A DNA stretch of 64,000 nt, taken from NCBI GenBank assembly GCA_963782055.1, contig CAWAIF010000003.1:4288001-4352000 (forward strand). The letters run 5' to 3'. The notes under the pieces are model-generated. The model ran no database searches. It was not told the origin of the DNA and saw only the letters and a list, made by a program, of their open reading frames with translations. How positions within the stretch are numbered: position 1 is the stretch's first letter; every line of letters begins with the position of its first letter. The translations under genes and the position numbers were made by a program. This DNA comes from an uncultured delta proteobacterium (GTDB taxonomy: Bacteria; Myxococcota_A; Polyangia; Polyangiales; Polyangiaceae). Shown here one piece after another: positions 62,195-64,000 of this stretch.

Positions 62195-64000
62195 GCGCCC
62201 TCCGCCGCGCGCGCGTCGATGCACGCGAACGGGAGGTGACCGCCGCGCCCGGCGTAGTGCGCGCGGGACGAGACGCGCACGACGGGCGCCTGCTCGGGGG
62301 CGTAAGGGCGCGGACCCGACACGTCGATCTCGAACAGGCGACCATCTTCCGGGTGGAGCGCCGCCAGGAAGAGCCAGCGCTTCGCGACGAGGCGCGCGAG
62401 GCCCGGGTCGCGCTCCAGCAGCCGCATCACCACCTCCGGCGTCGCCTCCACCGCGACGGTGAGGCGCACCGGCTCGTGGATCTCCAGCATCTGCCACGGC
62501 AGGCCGGTGCGAAGGTCGCTCTGCGCGCCGTCCATCACGCCCAGCATGCCGGTGACGTTGTGCGGGAGCTTGGTCCCGCAGCCGTAGCCGACGGGGTCGA
62601 TGTACCCGAAGAAGTACTCGAGGTTGATCCCCGCGACGACCGGGACGACCGCGGCGAGGAGGCCACCGAGGTCGGTGCCCTCCGGATCACGCGCCGGGTC
62701 GTACGAGACGAGGAAGGCGCGCCGGTCGAGGAAGAGCCCGCGGGTGCGCGCGCGCCGGCCGACGACGCACACCGCGTTCGACGCGTGGCCGTACTCCGGG
62801 CGCGGCTGCGCCATGTCGGCCGCGCGCGTCTGCACGTGGAGCAGCGCCGCGGCGTCCGGGAGCCACGGGGGCGGGGCGGCCTCGAAGCGCCGGCAGCGCT
62901 CGTGCGCCTCGCGGCGGCGCGCGGTCTCCAGCACGGCGCGCGCGAGGGCGAAGTCGTCGCGCCGCTCCTCCGGCACGCGGTCCACGTCGTAGAGCTCCAC
63001 GTCGTTGCTGGCGGTGTTGCGCTGCCCGCCCACGAACCACGTACCCTCGGGGACGGACACACCCAGCTCGGCCACGCGGGCGCGGACGCGGGGGTCGTTC
63101 GCCATCTGCGCGAAGGCGCGGGCGTTGGGACCCCCGCGCCCGCCGCCGCACGCGCCGCAGTCGTGCGCCGACTCCTGCGGGTTGTTGAGGCTCGTCGAGC
63201 CGTGGCCGAGCACGAGGACGAGCGGCGCGAAGCGGCCGTCGATGCCCAGCGGCGCGAGCTGGCCGCGCACGATCTCCGCCATCTCGTCGAGGGTGAAGCC
63301 GACGTGCTCGCCGAGCGGGGGCGTCCCCTCGACGCGCTCGAGCGTCATGGGCGCGTCGCCTCGCTCCGCGAACGCGGTGCGCAGCCGCGACATGCCGCGC
63401 CGCGACCAGGGGAGGACCACGCGCAGCACGAGCGGCACGACCCAGAGCGCGCCGAGCAGCGCGGTGATGACCGCGCCGCGCCCGAAGGTCCGGCTCCCGA
63501 CGTGGATGTTGCGGTCCACCGTCGCGGCGACCCGGCGGCGGACGGCCTGGAGCGTCGACGGCTGCTCGTCCACCTCGCCGACGAAGTGCGACGGCTTGAT
63601 CGAGACCGGGCAGAGCGGGCGCGCGTGCGCGGCGTGCGCGCCCCGGTGATACATCGCGACGCCGAAGAAGCCCGCGGTGCCGAAGGTCTCGACGCGCGGC
63701 TCCACCTCCTCCATGTGCCGGCGGAAGGACTCCTCCCGATCGTCGATGCAGAAGATCGCCTGGAAGGCCGGCAGCGCGGGCGCCGGCGCCACTTCCGGGG
63801 GGTGCTGCGCGAGCGCGTCGTAGAAGCGGTGCCGCAGGCGACGCTCGTAGGCGAGGTGCAGCAGGCGCCGGCGCGTGACGCCATCGAGCGCCGCCAGCTC
63901 CGTCTCCAGCGCGGCGACGTCGGCCGGCGCGAGCGCGTCGACCCGGGACGCGTCCGTCTCCAGCAGGCGCGCGAGCTGAAAGAGCGCCCACACGCGCTCG
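62191..64000 (-). CDS. dabA: DUF2309 (DabA/MpsB) beta-carbonic-anhydrase-like subunit, 5' part outside window
   Basis: FCIDDREES, GHGS, HDCGACGG, QPRPEYG, INLEYFF, DLRTGLPWQM, HEPVRL. Confidence 0.9.
   Translation of the reverse strand, partial: ERVWALFQLARLLETDASRVDALAPADVAALETELAALDGVTRRRLLHLAYERRLRHRFYDALAQHPPEVAPAPALPAFQAIFCIDDREESFRRHMEEVEPRVETFGTAGFFGVAMYHRGAHAAHARPLCPVSIKPSHFVGEVDEQPSTLQAVRRRVAATVDRNIHVGSRTFGRGAVITALLGALWVVPLVLRVVLPWSRRGMSRLRTAFAERGDAPMTLERVEGTPPLGEHVGFTLDEMAEIVRGQLAPLGIDGRFAPLVLVLGHGSTSLNNPQESAHDCGACGGGRGGPNARAFAQMANDPRVRARVAELGVSVPEGTWFVGGQRNTASNDVELYDVDRVPEERRDDFALARAVLETARRREAHERCRRFEAAPPPWLPDAAALLHVQTRAADMAQPRPEYGHASNAVCVVGRRARTRGLFLDRRAFLVSYDPARDPEGTDLGGLLAAVVPVVAGINLEYFFGYIDPVGYGCGTKLPHNVTGMLGVMDGAQSDLRTGLPWQMLEIHEPVRLTVAVEATPEVVMRLLERDPGLARLVAKRWLFLAALHPEDGRLFEIDVSGPRPYAPEQAPVVRVSSRAHYAGRGGHLPFACIDARAAEGA

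Overview
High-GC window that looks myxobacterial (Polyangiales-like), judged from the lipoprotein, vWA, PEGA, Ser/Thr kinase and FHA-sigma54 gene content. Host-type genes at about 0.3-6.2 kb and 47-64 kb flank a ~40 kb accessory island that begins just downstream of tRNA-Asn(GTT) (6261-6336). The island has four parts. (1) A ~20 kb, nine-gene, tightly coupled minus-strand defence operon: Xis/BldC-like HTH, YprA/DrmA-type helicase-DUF1998, SNF2 helicase (one +1 frameshift), N6-adenine MTase with an extra C-terminal domain, SMC/Rad50-like ABC ATPase, HNH nuclease, McrB-like NxD GTPase, DUF2357 McrC-like nuclease and a HEPN-motif protein. (2) A mobility core: large serine recombinase, DUF2924, gp32-like SSB candidate, sigma-like protein and Com-like Zn ribbon. 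(3) A three-gene unit of XRE-coiled-coil-TM protein, YeeP-like GTPase and amphipathic microprotein. (4) A decayed region with IS21 and recombinase remnants, DUF1016, Fic, an operator-like repeat array and a candidate structured RNA. The right end holds part of a DAB-type (DUF2309) inorganic-carbon transporter operon. All family calls come from reading motifs by eye; no database searches were run.
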